Assembly (NCBI GenBank): GCA_965116885.1
Contig: OZ220741.1
Location: 1,792,001-1,856,000 of the forward strand
Reading direction: 5' to 3'
Origin: Candidatus Latescibacterota bacterium
Lineage (GTDB): Bacteria; Latescibacterota; UBA2968
Length of the DNA: 64,000 nt
Below the pieces are notes generated by a model. It was not told the DNA's origin, did not search any database, and worked only from the letters and a program-made list of their open reading frames with translations. The stretch's first letter is position 1; every line of letters starts with the position of its first letter. Below are positions 1-10,747 of this stretch, one piece after another. The translations under genes were made by a program, and so were the position numbers.

Positions 1-174
1 AAAAAATATTACTCCCTTTCTTTAACTTTAAGGAGAAAGTCGGGAGTGGTAGCAGAGGGGAACTATCTTTTACTTTTTTGTAAAACTTTGTAGCATAGTA
101 CCACTACGGCACTATGCTACATAATCGCCTCCCTTTGTTTTTTACACTTCCGGCACTATTCTATATAATCCCCA

Positions 175-891
175 TCAAAAAGCCTCTTGATGCGCCTTTA
201 CGAGTTCTGCCATGCTATTAAATCGAAAATTGTAGTTTGGCATTTCGCCCGGGTCTATGGTCGCGCCGAAGCCTTCTTCATTGGAGCGCCTGTAGATCCA
301 GCAGGAGGCGAGTCCGTTTTTGTTCGCGGGTATGTGATCGTGGAATAAGCTTTCTGCGGTGTGTAGTATTTCCGATTTTTCAATGCCGAGCGATTTCAGG
401 TGTTCCAGCATGTATTTGAAGTTTCGATCCGCGGGTTTGTACGATCCTATGTCTTCAGCCGTGTATATGGCGTCAAATTCGACACCGAGACGGTCGTTGC
501 TGTATTTGAAGCTGTGGTTATCGACGTTGGACAGGATCGCGAGCTTGTAGTGCTTTTTGAGATATTGCAGGGCGTCGGGAGAATCGGAGAACGCCAGCCA
601 TTGTTTTATCGATTGACCATAAGCGGCGCACTCATCGGGCGTGACGGCGACGTCCCATTCTTCGGCGAGGCGTTTATATACGATGGCGAGGAGTTCGGAA
701 TAGCGCATGCCCGGCGTCCAGGCTTGTTGCGTTGATTCGTGTCGCGCGTGCGCTTGAAGAATTTCATTGCGCGATAATTTTCGTTCGACCTTTGAGAGAA
801 GCGGCTCCAGTCCTTTGATCATTCCGGTTTCCCAATCGATGAGTGTGCCATAGCAGTCGAATGTGAGGACTTTGAAATCGGTGAGTTTCAT
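175..891 (-). CDS. Haloacid dehalogenase type II (HAD superfamily hydrolase)
   Basis: HAD motif I FDCYGTLIDWE, ILSNVD, SYKP; start taken at MKLTDFK (ATG 891). Confidence 0.9.
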   Translation of the reverse strand: MKLTDFKVLTFDCYGTLIDWETGMIKGLEPLLSKVERKLSRNEILQAHARHESTQQAWTPGMRYSELLAIVYKRLAEEWDVAVTPDECAAYGQSIKQWLAFSDSPDALQYLKKHYKLAILSNVDNHSFKYSNDRLGVEFDAIYTAEDIGSYKPADRNFKYMLEHLKSLGIEKSEILHTAESLFHDHIPANKNGLASCWIYRRSNEEGFGATIDPGEMPNYNFRFNSMAELVKAHQEAF

Positions 892-893
892 TT

Positions 894-1601
894 TTAATGA
901 CATCCCAGTTGATCGGCGAGGTCGTGAAAGTCATGGGCTATGATGTCGAAGTCGAGATCGGGGGGTAAGTCTTTTTTTGCGTCGGGTCCCCGCTCGAAGG
1001 GGCGGAATACATAAGCCGTTTTCATGCCGACGCGCGCTGCGTGGTGCAGGTCGCCCTGATGAGCGGCGACCATCATGACTTCATGGGGTTTACAACTGAG
1101 CAGTTCGATGGCTTTCAAATAGGTCTCGGCGTCGGGTTTGTAATGCCCCGCCAATTCGGCTGATAAGATGCAATCCCAGGGTAATCCGCCGTATTTCGCC
1201 ATGTTGGCGAGGAGCGATACGTTGCCGTTGGATAATGTGGCGATGAGGTACCGCGATTTTAACCGCCATAAGCCGCCTGCGGCGTCGGGCCAGGGGTCCA
1301 GGCGATGCCAGACGCGATTGAAGTCCGCGATTTCTTTTTCGGATAATCCCGAGATGCCGAATTTTTTCAGGAGTTTGTCCAGGATCATGCGGTGCAGGTC
1401 GTCGATTTTTGTCCAGGGCAATTCGCCCGTGCGGACGCGATTCATGGATGGGCCATAGCCCCCGCGCCACGCATCGGCAAATGCAGCCCAATCTACGTCC
1501 AATGCCAATCGTTCGCCCAATCGCTCGCCGTCGCGGATGACTGAACTGCGCCAATCGACCACCGTGCCGAATACGTCAAATGTCAATGCTTTGAGTGTCA
1601 T
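894..1601 (-). CDS. Haloacid dehalogenase type II
   Basis: FDVFGTVVDW, TLSNGN, YKP and VAAH..DL motifs. Confidence 0.9.
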   Translation of the reverse strand: MTLKALTFDVFGTVVDWRSSVIRDGERLGERLALDVDWAAFADAWRGGYGPSMNRVRTGELPWTKIDDLHRMILDKLLKKFGISGLSEKEIADFNRVWHRLDPWPDAAGGLWRLKSRYLIATLSNGNVSLLANMAKYGGLPWDCILSAELAGHYKPDAETYLKAIELLSCKPHEVMMVAAHQGDLHHAARVGMKTAYVFRPFERGPDAKKDLPPDLDFDIIAHDFHDLADQLGCH

Positions 1602-1611
1602 TTTTTGTTCT

Positions 1612-2709
1612 CTACGGTACTGCGCCCACTGCTTTGTTCAAAGCTGGCATTAGTTCACGGGCGAATAATTCCATGCTGTATATCCAACTGTCTTTGTCGT
1701 CCCAGTCGTAGCCCATTAGCACGAGCGTGCCATAGGGACCGGTTTCCTCGAACAGGTCCAGCAAGCGACGCAGTGCTTCATCGACGTCGCCAGCGATGAT
1801 CTGTTCGGTCATCAGATAGTCCAGATTGCACTCTGAGTCGGGCATGTCCAGGTCGCGCTTGTACACCTGGCGCCCCAGGCCTCTGTCGAATAGACGCCCG
1901 ATGTACTCGTAATTTTTTGCCAGGGAATTGTGCCGCGCCTTTTTCACGGCTTCGGCCGTGGTGTCGGCCAGAAAGATTGAACGGGCGATTTTCCAGTCGG
2001 TTCGCTGCGGTTGCCGTCCCGCCTGCAGGGTGCTCTGCTCATAGATCTGCCAGTTGTCGGCTACCACATTGCCCGATATCAGGCAGGCGGAAAAGGGCTG
2101 GAAGCCGCGCTCGCCAGCTGTTTGCATGCTGTGTGAGTTGCGGCTCATTCCCGGCATGGCGATGGGCGGGTAGGGCTGTTGAAAGGGTTTGTGGATGAAG
2201 CCGATCTGGGTTTCTTCGTCAATATTGTCTTTGAGCTGGAATTGCCAGTATTTTCCCCGGTGCTCATAGGGTGGATCCGATGTCCATAAATTTAGGATGG
2301 CGTCAATGGCTTCCCCGGTCATTGCGCCGCCCGCTTTGGGATCCAGGCCGTACAGCTCCTGATCTGAGGTGACACTGCCCGGGCCAAAGCACAGATTGAG
2401 TCGGCCTTTGGATAGGTGATCCAGGAAAGATAGACGACTGGCGACATAGGCGGGGTGGTGCAGGTTCAAACAGACCGGTGCCGGTCCCAGGCGGATGCTC
2501 TGGGTCTCACCCAGGGCGCGTCCGATGAAAATTTCGGGCGTGACAATGGTCTCGTATTTCATGGTGTGGTGTTCGCCGATCCAAAATTCATCAAAGCCCA
2601 GTTCCTCGGCTTTGACAACGAGTTCCAAATCCTCGTCAAATCCCTGACTCAAAGGCTTGTCCGGGGCGTGGAAGGGCATGATGAACATACCGTATTTGAT
2701 GGGTTCCAT
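1612..2709 (-). CDS. LLM-class (luciferase-like) flavin-dependent monooxygenase
   Basis: AEELGFDEFWIGEHH, LDHLSKGRLNL, C-terminal SMELFARELMP; RBS-like GGAG upstream. Confidence 0.9.
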   Translation of the reverse strand: MEPIKYGMFIMPFHAPDKPLSQGFDEDLELVVKAEELGFDEFWIGEHHTMKYETIVTPEIFIGRALGETQSIRLGPAPVCLNLHHPAYVASRLSFLDHLSKGRLNLCFGPGSVTSDQELYGLDPKAGGAMTGEAIDAILNLWTSDPPYEHRGKYWQFQLKDNIDEETQIGFIHKPFQQPYPPIAMPGMSRNSHSMQTAGERGFQPFSACLISGNVVADNWQIYEQSTLQAGRQPQRTDWKIARSIFLADTTAEAVKKARHNSLAKNYEYIGRLFDRGLGRQVYKRDLDMPDSECNLDYLMTEQIIAGDVDEALRRLLDLFEETGPYGTLVLMGYDWDDKDSWIYSMELFARELMPALNKAVGAVP

Positions 2710-2761
2710 AGAGGTGCTCCTTCCTGCGGGTTTTTATCCTGAAAATCCTTTCATCCTGCTT

Positions 2762-3469
2762 TTATCCCGATCCGTATTTGTTCACGATTACCAGATCAGA
2801 AGTTTCGGGGTGGATGAATTTTACGAGTAGTGAAACGCGGTTGTCTTCGTCCAACAGGTTCCAGAATATATCGGCGGTTTGCTGTATGTCGTCGAATAAT
2901 TCGACGGCATAAGGCTCTCCCTGGAATGAGGGCAGGGGATTGCCGTCGTCTATGTATGTTGTGATGCAGTGGCCCGTGCCGGGGATCGCGGTTTCATAAT
3001 TGAAGAATTGACGCGAACAGTAGCGCGCATCACCACCAACGGTTTTTAAGACTGATAGTCGATAGGCTTGCGCGTCGCCCATGTCGGTAAGGCCAGAGAT
3101 GCGCGGTGTAAAATTGGGGGCGTCGGGTTCATAAGTGCGCGTTTTCAGGGCGGATTCAAACGAGCCGCCGTTTTGCAGGGTATGGACAATGGTGTCGGTC
3201 TGGTCGCCATTTGTGACGATGTGCGCGTTGCCCAGTACGCGGATGGGGTAATACATGGTTAGCGGATCAATGTCATGGGATTTATCCACGGTGTCGGTTT
3301 TTACCGCGTCACCTTCGCGCACAAATACGCGATTGCGACTGCTGGGACTGCGTCCCATGATCCAGTAGATCTGAACCATGCATGAAGTATCTGGGGTTTG
3401 CCCTATTACGATTCCACGGCCGGGGTAGGTGGCGTTTTTTAAGCGATCCATGCGGGCATCTATGGTCAT
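2762..3469 (-). CDS. IMP cyclohydrolase-like protein (PurO/Ntn-hydrolase type)
   Basis: YPGRGIVIG, YWIMGRS.SSRNR, VTNGDQTD, YEPDAPNFTPRISG motifs; ATG at 3469 overlaps the upstream stop (ATGA). Confidence 0.8.
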   Translation of the reverse strand: MTIDARMDRLKNATYPGRGIVIGQTPDTSCMVQIYWIMGRSPSSRNRVFVREGDAVKTDTVDKSHDIDPLTMYYPIRVLGNAHIVTNGDQTDTIVHTLQNGGSFESALKTRTYEPDAPNFTPRISGLTDMGDAQAYRLSVLKTVGGDARYCSRQFFNYETAIPGTGHCITTYIDDGNPLPSFQGEPYAVELFDDIQQTADIFWNLLDEDNRVSLLVKFIHPETSDLVIVNKYGSG

Positions 3470-6318
3470 TTTTCCGCCATCCCTTCTTCTGGCAATAGGA
3501 CGAATCGCGCGTAGTTTTCCATGTTGAAGTATTGCTGCGTCGCTTTTTGTACGTGTTCTGCTGTGAGTTTTTTGATGACTTCGTCTTCGTATGTCAGCCA
3601 CGCCATCAAGTCGATCTCATTCTGGTAATACGTACTCAGCGTATTGCGCCAGTATCCGTTTTCTTTTTTGTTGGTTTCTCGACCCCGCAGATCCATTTCG
3701 GTCACTTTGTCGATGTAGGATTGTTCGACGGGTTTTTGCTTCATGCTGTCGATTTGGGCAAAGACGAGTTGCGTCAATTCTTCCAACCGTTCGGGATCGC
3801 ATCCAAAGCTGATTGAGATGCTGTATCGGCCTTCGGGCCAACGCGAGCGAGATGTGCGCACGCCAACGCCGTACGTGCCGCCCTCATCTTCTCGGAGTAC
3901 TTCCCGAAGTTTTATCTGCAAGACATCGCCCATTGAACCATAGACATATCGCTTAAATCGGTCGTTGTAATCAAAAGGTCCCGTGAAGATCAGCCGTGTG
4001 CTACTTTTGGGTTCTTGTCCCCGTCGCACGGTTTTTTCAATGACGCCTTTTGGCGCTCTGACGCCTGTGTCGCGCCAGGTTTCTTCTCGGTTGAGTGCGG
4101 GTAATCCGCCGAGATAGGTTTCTATGAGGGGTTTTATTTTTTCTGGGTCAAAGTTGCCGACAAATACGAATGTGAAGTCACTGGCATCGGCAAATCGGTC
4201 TTTGTAAAATGCCAGCGATTTTTGCAGGTCCATTTCCCCCAGTATTTCGTTTGATAGCGGGCGCGATCTGACGTGGTATTGAGACATGGTAACTTGAATT
4301 GTATCGGAATAAGCTGTCGTTGGTCTCATATCCCGGTTTTGCAATATGCCTCGATAGCGGTCCAGGAGTGCTTGAAATGCCAGTGAGTCTGCACGCGGTT
4401 CCGTGAAGATGAGATAGATGAGTTGAAACATGGTTTCTATGTCTTCGGGAGACGCGCTGCCCGATACGCCTTCGCTGAGGCTGCTGATGCGAGGCGACAC
4501 GCGCACGACTTTGCCAGCGAGTTTTTTATTGAGTTCAATTTGATTGAATTTGCCCAGCCCGCTTTCCATTATGGCCGATGTCGCTGTGGATGCCGCCATG
4601 TAGTTTTCGTCACTTGATAGAGAATGACCGCCCGGGCTGAAGGATGTGAACAGGATTTCGTCGTTTTTGAAGTCCGTGGGTTTCATGACGACTTTTACCC
4701 CATTGCTCAATGTCCATTCTGTGACGCCAAAGGTGTCGATTGATGTTTCGCGTACGACCTTTCCCGGCGTTGGCATATTCGCGATGAGGGGGTCGTCGGA
4801 GACATCTTCTTGATATGGTTCCACGTCTTTTTGCTGGACTTCGTTGATTATGTTTAGCAGGTCAGTTTCAGAAGGTACAGGTAGGCCTTCTTTCTCGGGT
4901 GCGCTGACTACGATGACGCGGTTTTTGTCGGTGATCCATTCGCCGACGAGGCGGTTGATTTCTTCGACTTGAATGCCGGGGAGTAATTCTCGAAATAAGT
5001 CGCGTTCGATTTCAATGCCCGGAATGGGTTCGCCTGTCAATATGTGACGGATGTATTCCGATGCAAAACCGCGCGAACGGCGTCTGTCGCGTTCGCGATA
5101 AGATTGTTCGATGCCACGCAACATGTTGGTTTTTAAGCGATCTACTTCGGGTTGCGTAAATCCGTGGCGTTGGACGCGAGTGACTTCTGTTAAGACGGCT
5201 TCCAGACCTCGTTCAATTCCCCCTTCTTTGACGCCTGCGCCCAGGATGTACGCCGCTTTGGTTCTGACGAAGTTCCCGCGGCTGGAGCCTGCGCCCAGAA
5301 ATGGCGGATCGGGTTTTTTGGTTATTTCTCTAAATCGCTGATTGAGCATGCTGTTGAACATGTTGCGAACGAGCATGCTGCGATAATTTTCCACTGTACC
5401 TTCGGGTGCGATATCTTGCATGAAATAGATAGAGACGGAAGATCGGGAATTTTCCGGATCGGTTGCAATTGCAAACAGGGTTTCACCGTGGTCGGGAACC
5501 GTATAGGTGGTTCGGGCACGCGGGTTCTCTGCTTTTGGTATTGGGTCAAAGGTTTTTTTAATCAGGGTTTCAATCGCGTCCGTTTCAAAGTCTCCCACTG
5601 CAATGACTGCCATGAGGTCGGGACGATACCAGTCGCGATAAAAGCGCGTGAGGGATTCGTGCTTGAATGTGTCGAGCAATGCTTTTTGGCCGATGGGCAA
5701 ACGCTCGGCATAGCGCGAGTCTTTGAGCAAGACCGGCAATTGTTTGTCGCGCATGCGCGCTCCGGCTCCGCGTCCCGAACGCCATTCTTCAATGACCACG
5801 CCTCTTTCTTTTTCGATTTCTTCGGGATCAAATTTTACCCGATGCGCCCAGTCGCCCAGAATGCGAAATGCTTTTTCTATTACTTCGGTGCTGTCTGTGG
5901 GCACGCGAAGCATATAGACGGTCTCGTCAAAACTCGTGTAGGCATTTAAGTGCGCGCCAAAGCGCATGCCAATACTTTCGAGGAAATCGATTATTTCCTG
6001 TTTGGGAAAGTTGGCCGTGCCATTAAATGCCATGTGTTCGGCAAAGTGCGCCAGTCCCTGCTGGTCTTCGTCTTCCAGAATGGATCCCGCATTGACTACG
6101 AGGCGCAATTCAGCGCGGTTTTCCGGTCGTTTGTTTTCCCGGATTACGTAGCGAAGCCCATTTGCCAGTTTGCCCGTTCGCACAGCCGGATCAATGGGCA
6201 GGGTGGGTGATGGTGGTTGGGTAGCTGGTGGCTGAGGTGTTTCAACTTCTGTCTGTGTTGTTGCACACGAGGTTATGACACACGCGCAGCAAAGGAGGAT
6301 AAAGTAGTTCCTGATCAT
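3466..6318 (-). CDS. M16 family zinc protease (PqqL-like), probable lipoprotein
   Basis: Inverted zinc motif HFAEH, LNAYTSFDETVY, EKERGVVIEEWR; N-terminal signal ending ITSC. Confidence 0.9.
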   Translation of the reverse strand: MIRNYFILLCCACVITSCATTQTEVETPQPPATQPPSPTLPIDPAVRTGKLANGLRYVIRENKRPENRAELRLVVNAGSILEDEDQQGLAHFAEHMAFNGTANFPKQEIIDFLESIGMRFGAHLNAYTSFDETVYMLRVPTDSTEVIEKAFRILGDWAHRVKFDPEEIEKERGVVIEEWRSGRGAGARMRDKQLPVLLKDSRYAERLPIGQKALLDTFKHESLTRFYRDWYRPDLMAVIAVGDFETDAIETLIKKTFDPIPKAENPRARTTYTVPDHGETLFAIATDPENSRSSVSIYFMQDIAPEGTVENYRSMLVRNMFNSMLNQRFREITKKPDPPFLGAGSSRGNFVRTKAAYILGAGVKEGGIERGLEAVLTEVTRVQRHGFTQPEVDRLKTNMLRGIEQSYRERDRRRSRGFASEYIRHILTGEPIPGIEIERDLFRELLPGIQVEEINRLVGEWITDKNRVIVVSAPEKEGLPVPSETDLLNIINEVQQKDVEPYQEDVSDDPLIANMPTPGKVVRETSIDTFGVTEWTLSNGVKVVMKPTDFKNDEILFTSFSPGGHSLSSDENYMAASTATSAIMESGLGKFNQIELNKKLAGKVVRVSPRISSLSEGVSGSASPEDIETMFQLIYLIFTEPRADSLAFQALLDRYRGILQNRDMRPTTAYSDTIQVTMSQYHVRSRPLSNEILGEMDLQKSLAFYKDRFADASDFTFVFVGNFDPEKIKPLIETYLGGLPALNREETWRDTGVRAPKGVIEKTVRRGQEPKSSTRLIFTGPFDYNDRFKRYVYGSMGDVLQIKLREVLREDEGGTYGVGVRTSRSRWPEGRYSISISFGCDPERLEELTQLVFAQIDSMKQKPVEQSYIDKVTEMDLRGRETNKKENGYWRNTLSTYYQNEIDLMAWLTYEDEVIKKLTAEHVQKATQQYFNMENYARFVLLPEEGMAEK

Positions 6319-6341
6319 GAGATTCCCTTTTATTTCAGTTA

Positions 6342-7679
6342 TTATTCCGGACACCAGGTCGCGTCCAGTTTTCGATGTGTAAATGTTCTGGCATTTTCGC
6401 CGATGTAATCGTCCGCAATATGTCCGTCACCTGTTACTACGTATTTGTAGATGACGAGGCCTTCCAGACCTACGGGTCCGCGGCTGTGCAGGCGGTTGGT
6501 GCTGATGCCCACTTCGGCGCCGAGGCCATAGCGAAATCCGTCGGCAAATCGCGTGGAGGCATTGTGTATGACCGATGCCGAATCTACGGCTTGCAAAAAT
6601 CTCTTCGCGGCTTGCTGGTTTTCGGTTACGATCGAGTCGGTGTGGTGGCTGCTGTATTCGTTGATGTGGGCGATTGCTTCTTCAACCGAATCGACGACTT
6701 TGACGGATAGGACATAGTCGAGGTATTCGGTTGACCAATCGCTGTCACTGGCCGGGGTCAGGGCATCTGCGCTGGCGGCGAGGTCCAGGGTGCGGGCGTC
6801 GCCGCGGATTAGAACGCCCTGATCGGTGAGTTGTTGTATCGCCGTAGCGAAAAAGTTCCTGGCAATTTCGGCGTGTACCAGCAGGGTCTCGACAGCGTTG
6901 CAGACGGCTGCGTACTGTGTCTTGGAGTCGATGGCGATGCGCACGGCTTTTTTCAGGTCGGCGTCTTTATCTACGTACACATGGCAGATGCCGTCGGCGT
7001 GTCCCATGACGGGGATTTTGGTGTTGTTCATGATGTGTTGCACGAATTCATTGCCGCCGCGCGGGATGATCAGGTCGATGAGGTCGTGTAATTCGAGAAT
7101 ACCCGCGACTTCTTCTCGCGATTCCAGAAGGTGCATCCATCCTTCGGGGATGCCATCCAGGCCAGCCGTTGCAGCGATCATAATTTCGGCCAGTGCGCGG
7201 TTGGTGTGAAATGCTTCGCTGCCGCCTTTGAGCATGACGGCATTGCCCGATTTTAGACACAGGGTCGCGATTTGTACCAGCGCGTCAGGTCGCGATTCAA
7301 AGATCACGCCGATTACGCCGATTGGGACGGTTACGCGATAGAGGTTCAGGCCTTCGTCCAATTCGGTCGCGGCCTGTGTTTTGCCAATGGGGTCTTCCTG
7401 GGCCGCGACACTGTGAACACCAACTATTATTTCGCTGTCCAGTTTTTCAGCATCTACTTTCAGGCGCTTGATTAGCGGGAGGGTGATTTCCCCCTGTGCC
7501 AGCATTTTTTCTGCTGCTGCCTGATCGCGTTTGTTGGCGTCTAAAATGCGATCGCGATTTGCATGCAATGCCTGTGCTATGGCCTCAAGCGCGGCATTGC
7601 GCTGTTTTTCCGTTGCCTGACTCAATGCGAGTGCAGCTTGCCGTGCAGTTCTCGCCGCAGCTTTGATATCATCTGCCAT
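6342..7679 (-). CDS. proA: Gamma-glutamyl phosphate reductase
   Basis: IGVIFESRP, LKGGSEA, IIPRGG, CNAVETLLVH, NASTRFADG, GISTNRLHSRGPVGL; RBS GGAGG before ATG 7679. Confidence 0.95.
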   Translation of the reverse strand: MADDIKAAARTARQAALALSQATEKQRNAALEAIAQALHANRDRILDANKRDQAAAEKMLAQGEITLPLIKRLKVDAEKLDSEIIVGVHSVAAQEDPIGKTQAATELDEGLNLYRVTVPIGVIGVIFESRPDALVQIATLCLKSGNAVMLKGGSEAFHTNRALAEIMIAATAGLDGIPEGWMHLLESREEVAGILELHDLIDLIIPRGGNEFVQHIMNNTKIPVMGHADGICHVYVDKDADLKKAVRIAIDSKTQYAAVCNAVETLLVHAEIARNFFATAIQQLTDQGVLIRGDARTLDLAASADALTPASDSDWSTEYLDYVLSVKVVDSVEEAIAHINEYSSHHTDSIVTENQQAAKRFLQAVDSASVIHNASTRFADGFRYGLGAEVGISTNRLHSRGPVGLEGLVIYKYVVTGDGHIADDYIGENARTFTHRKLDATWCPE

Positions 7680-7700
7680 GTTTCCTCCTAACACATCTAA

Positions 7701-9176
7701 CTAAAAGAATTGTCGTTTTGTGTCAATCCATCGGCTGATTGTTACTTTTTGTCGCGTGAAGAACGATATGCCTTCGGTGCCCTGTACATGTAAATCGCCG
7801 AAAAAGGAATTGTTCCACCCGGAGAAGGGGAAGAATGCCATGGGTGCGGGTACGCCGATGTTGATGCCGACCATGCCGGCATTTACCTCGTGGCGAAATT
7901 TGCGCGCGGCTCCGCCACTGGATGTGAACAATACGGCTGCGTTGCCGTATCCGCTGGCGTTGCATCGGGCAATGGCTCCGCTCAGGTCATCTGTGTGCAT
8001 GGTCGATAATACGGGTCCAAAAATTTCTTCCCGCGCAATGGACATCTGAGGTTTTACTTGATCGAAAATTGTCGCGCCCAGGTAGAAGCCATGCGGTGTT
8101 TCTTCGACGTGTACATCGCGTCCATCTACGATTAGTTCTGCGCCTTCTCGCAATCCGTTTTCAATATGTTTATGGATGCGGTCCAGGTGCGTTTTGGTCA
8201 CTACCGGTCCCATATCTACACTGGAGTCGCGGTCGGTTGGTCCCACCCGAAATTCGCGTGCGGTTTCACTGAGCGGTTCTAGGAAACGGTCGCCTGCACC
8301 TTCGGCACAGACGAGTACGCTGCCAGCCATGCACCGTTCGCCCGCGCAGCCATAAGCGGAGCCTATTACGGCTGCTACGGTTGAGTCCAGGTCGGCGTCG
8401 GGCAATACGATCAGGTAATTCTTTGCGCCACCGGCTGATTGTACGCGTTTGCCATTGCGGGTGGCTGTTTCATAGACATAGCGCGCCACGGGTGTTGATC
8501 CGACAAATGAAACGGTTTTGACTTCGGGATGGGCGAGCAGAGCATCTACCGCGTCTTTTCCACCGTGTGCGATGTTGAATACGCCGGGCGGTAATCCAGA
8601 TTCGGCCAATAATTCGCCAATTCGAATCGCACTTAAGGGTACGCGCTCCGATGGCTTTAATACGTAGGTGTTGCCACATACCAGGGCAATGGGCAATGTC
8701 CACATGGGTACCATAGATGGGAAGTTGAATGGCGTGATGCCTGCGGATACGCCTATGGGTTGTCGGATGGTGTCGCAATCAATTCCCTGTGCGATATTTT
8801 CCAGCGAGTCGCCCATCAAGAGCGCGGGCGCACCACAGGCAAATTCCGCGACTTCGATCCCGCGTCGAATTTCGCCTCGCGCATCTTCTATGGTTTTGCC
8901 GTTTTCGAGGGTTACAATTTGGGCCAGTTCTTCGAAGTGGGTTTCCATGAGCGCGACGAGTCGGAACATTACGCGCGCGCGGTCAACGGCTGGTGTATTT
9001 GCCCATTCGGGAAATGCATCTGCGGCTGATTGCACTACGCGATCTATTTCTGATGCGCCACATAAGGGTGTTGCGGCAATTTCTGTTCCATCCGATGGGT
9101 TGTAAACCGGTACTGTTTCCGTTGCTTCAGATGCCACCCATTCGCCATTGAGGAATAATTTGACTGTTTCGGCCAT
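7701..9176 (-). CDS. mmsA: CoA-acylating (methyl)malonate-semialdehyde dehydrogenase
   Basis: GITPFNFP, SFVGSTP, GKRVQSAGGAKN, AGERCMA, EEIFGPV, GINIGVPAP..FFPFSGW. Confidence 0.9.
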   Translation of the reverse strand: MAETVKLFLNGEWVASEATETVPVYNPSDGTEIAATPLCGASEIDRVVQSAADAFPEWANTPAVDRARVMFRLVALMETHFEELAQIVTLENGKTIEDARGEIRRGIEVAEFACGAPALLMGDSLENIAQGIDCDTIRQPIGVSAGITPFNFPSMVPMWTLPIALVCGNTYVLKPSERVPLSAIRIGELLAESGLPPGVFNIAHGGKDAVDALLAHPEVKTVSFVGSTPVARYVYETATRNGKRVQSAGGAKNYLIVLPDADLDSTVAAVIGSAYGCAGERCMAGSVLVCAEGAGDRFLEPLSETAREFRVGPTDRDSSVDMGPVVTKTHLDRIHKHIENGLREGAELIVDGRDVHVEETPHGFYLGATIFDQVKPQMSIAREEIFGPVLSTMHTDDLSGAIARCNASGYGNAAVLFTSSGGAARKFRHEVNAGMVGINIGVPAPMAFFPFSGWNNSFFGDLHVQGTEGISFFTRQKVTISRWIDTKRQFF

Positions 9177-9191
9177 GATTATCTCCTGTGC

Positions 9192-10649
9192 TCACTCCGC
9201 TCCGTGCTGTCGAAATTTTGGTGCTTCTCCGGGTACGGGCGAGTTGTCAAATGCGCCCCGATGGATTACGGCTTCTTCGCCACCCAGAGATTCAATCATT
9301 TCTCGTTGCGAGGTTTTGGCCAGGGTATCCACAGTTTCGGGATCGATGAGGTCGCGCAATTCGCGTTCGAAGTTTTCCACGACCTCCCGGTGATCGGGCG
9401 ATTGCGCGAGGTCGCTGCACTCTTCGGGGTCGTCTATGGTATCGAATAATTGCGGCGGGTTATTGACGTGATATATGTATTTGTATTGTCGATTGCGCAA
9501 CATATACGTCCCGTGCTGTGCGCCTATGGCGTGGTATTCGCTAAATACTGTGCGGTCGCGGTCTTCCTCTTGGGCAATAGGCCAGAGAGACTCGCCCGGC
9601 AATTCTGCGTCGTCTTCGGTTTGTTGCGCGCCCACGGCTTCCAAAATTGTTGGGAAGCTATCGACGAGCGATACGGGTGTTTCCACGACTTTACCCGCGG
9701 GAACGTCGGGACCTGCCATCAGAAAGGGTACGGCGGCCGATTCTTCATACATGGTAAATTTGCCGTATATGCCGCGTCCGCCCAGGTGTTCACCGTGGTC
9801 TGTTGTATAGATGATGCGGGTTGTGTCGGTTAGTTCCAGTTCGTCCAGGGTGTTTAGCACCCGACCAATTTGCCGATCCAGATATGTGCATACGCCGTAG
9901 TACGCGGCATTTAGCTGTCGCACGGTGGCTTCGGGAAACTGGGGATCAAATGTGAAGAATCGCCTGAAATAGTCCATTGCGGGATGGTCGGGCCAGTCCT
10001 CTGTTCGCCATTGTGGCGGCATGGGCAATTCGTCCGGGTCGTAGATGTCGTATGCGTCTGGCGGCGAGATATACGGTGGGTGTGGGCACACAAATGACAG
10101 GAACAGGCACCAGGGGGTCTGGTCTTCCCGGTGTTCTTGTAACCACTTTATGGCATTATCTGTATTGCGCTGGTCGTATTGTAAATACGTCGAGTCGCCC
10201 GGTCCCGCTTCTCGGATACCCGGCCGTTTGTTGCGAAAGGGCGGCTGTTCTCGGATAGAACCCAGTACATCGCCTATGCCATCTACGACGTTTAATGGTT
10301 CGATTTCTTCGGTGAATCCGTGATCCGTACCCTGGCCCTTAAAGTGCAATTTGCCTATTGATGTGGCGTTAAAACCCTGCTCGCGCAAGCGGTGGTGCCA
10401 GCTTGGCGTGTCTCCGATGTATGGGTGTCCATTATCCCAGTTGCCTATCTGATGTACGTAGCGTCCGGTGGCCAGAGATGCGCGCGCCGGTACGCAAATT
10501 GGACAGTTGGTGTAGGCATTGGTAAACCGCGTGCCCTGTTCGGATAGCCGATCCAGGCTGGGGGTTTGTACCATCGGGTGACCATAACATCCGAGTAGAT
10601 TGCGATTGTGTTGATCGGAGATGATGTAGAGCATGTTTGTCGGTTGCAT
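9192..10649 (-). CDS. Sulfatase (choline-sulfatase-like)
   Basis: SDQH, formylglycine motif CVPARAS, GKLH, TTDHGEHLG, GKFTMYE. Confidence 0.9.
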   Translation of the reverse strand: MQPTNMLYIISDQHNRNLLGCYGHPMVQTPSLDRLSEQGTRFTNAYTNCPICVPARASLATGRYVHQIGNWDNGHPYIGDTPSWHHRLREQGFNATSIGKLHFKGQGTDHGFTEEIEPLNVVDGIGDVLGSIREQPPFRNKRPGIREAGPGDSTYLQYDQRNTDNAIKWLQEHREDQTPWCLFLSFVCPHPPYISPPDAYDIYDPDELPMPPQWRTEDWPDHPAMDYFRRFFTFDPQFPEATVRQLNAAYYGVCTYLDRQIGRVLNTLDELELTDTTRIIYTTDHGEHLGGRGIYGKFTMYEESAAVPFLMAGPDVPAGKVVETPVSLVDSFPTILEAVGAQQTEDDAELPGESLWPIAQEEDRDRTVFSEYHAIGAQHGTYMLRNRQYKYIYHVNNPPQLFDTIDDPEECSDLAQSPDHREVVENFERELRDLIDPETVDTLAKTSQREMIESLGGEEAVIHRGAFDNSPVPGEAPKFRQHGAE

Positions 10650-10691
10650 AAAGACCTCATAGAAGGGTGGAATATTAAATCAGCGATAGCA

Positions 10692-10718
10692 GTAGGGGCG
10701 GTGCCCCTGTGCCCGCCC
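10692..10718 (+). repeat. GTAG-type REP palindrome
   Basis: GTAGGGGCGGTGCCCCTGTGCCCGCCC, identical to the copy at 13254. Confidence 0.8.
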
Positions 10719-10747
10719 GTTGAGTGGTAGAGTTACGCCGCCTATTA

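Noticed and set aside
90..120. Hairpin gtagcatagt...actatgctac
   Set aside because: Plausible terminator or operator at the window edge, but too little context to call
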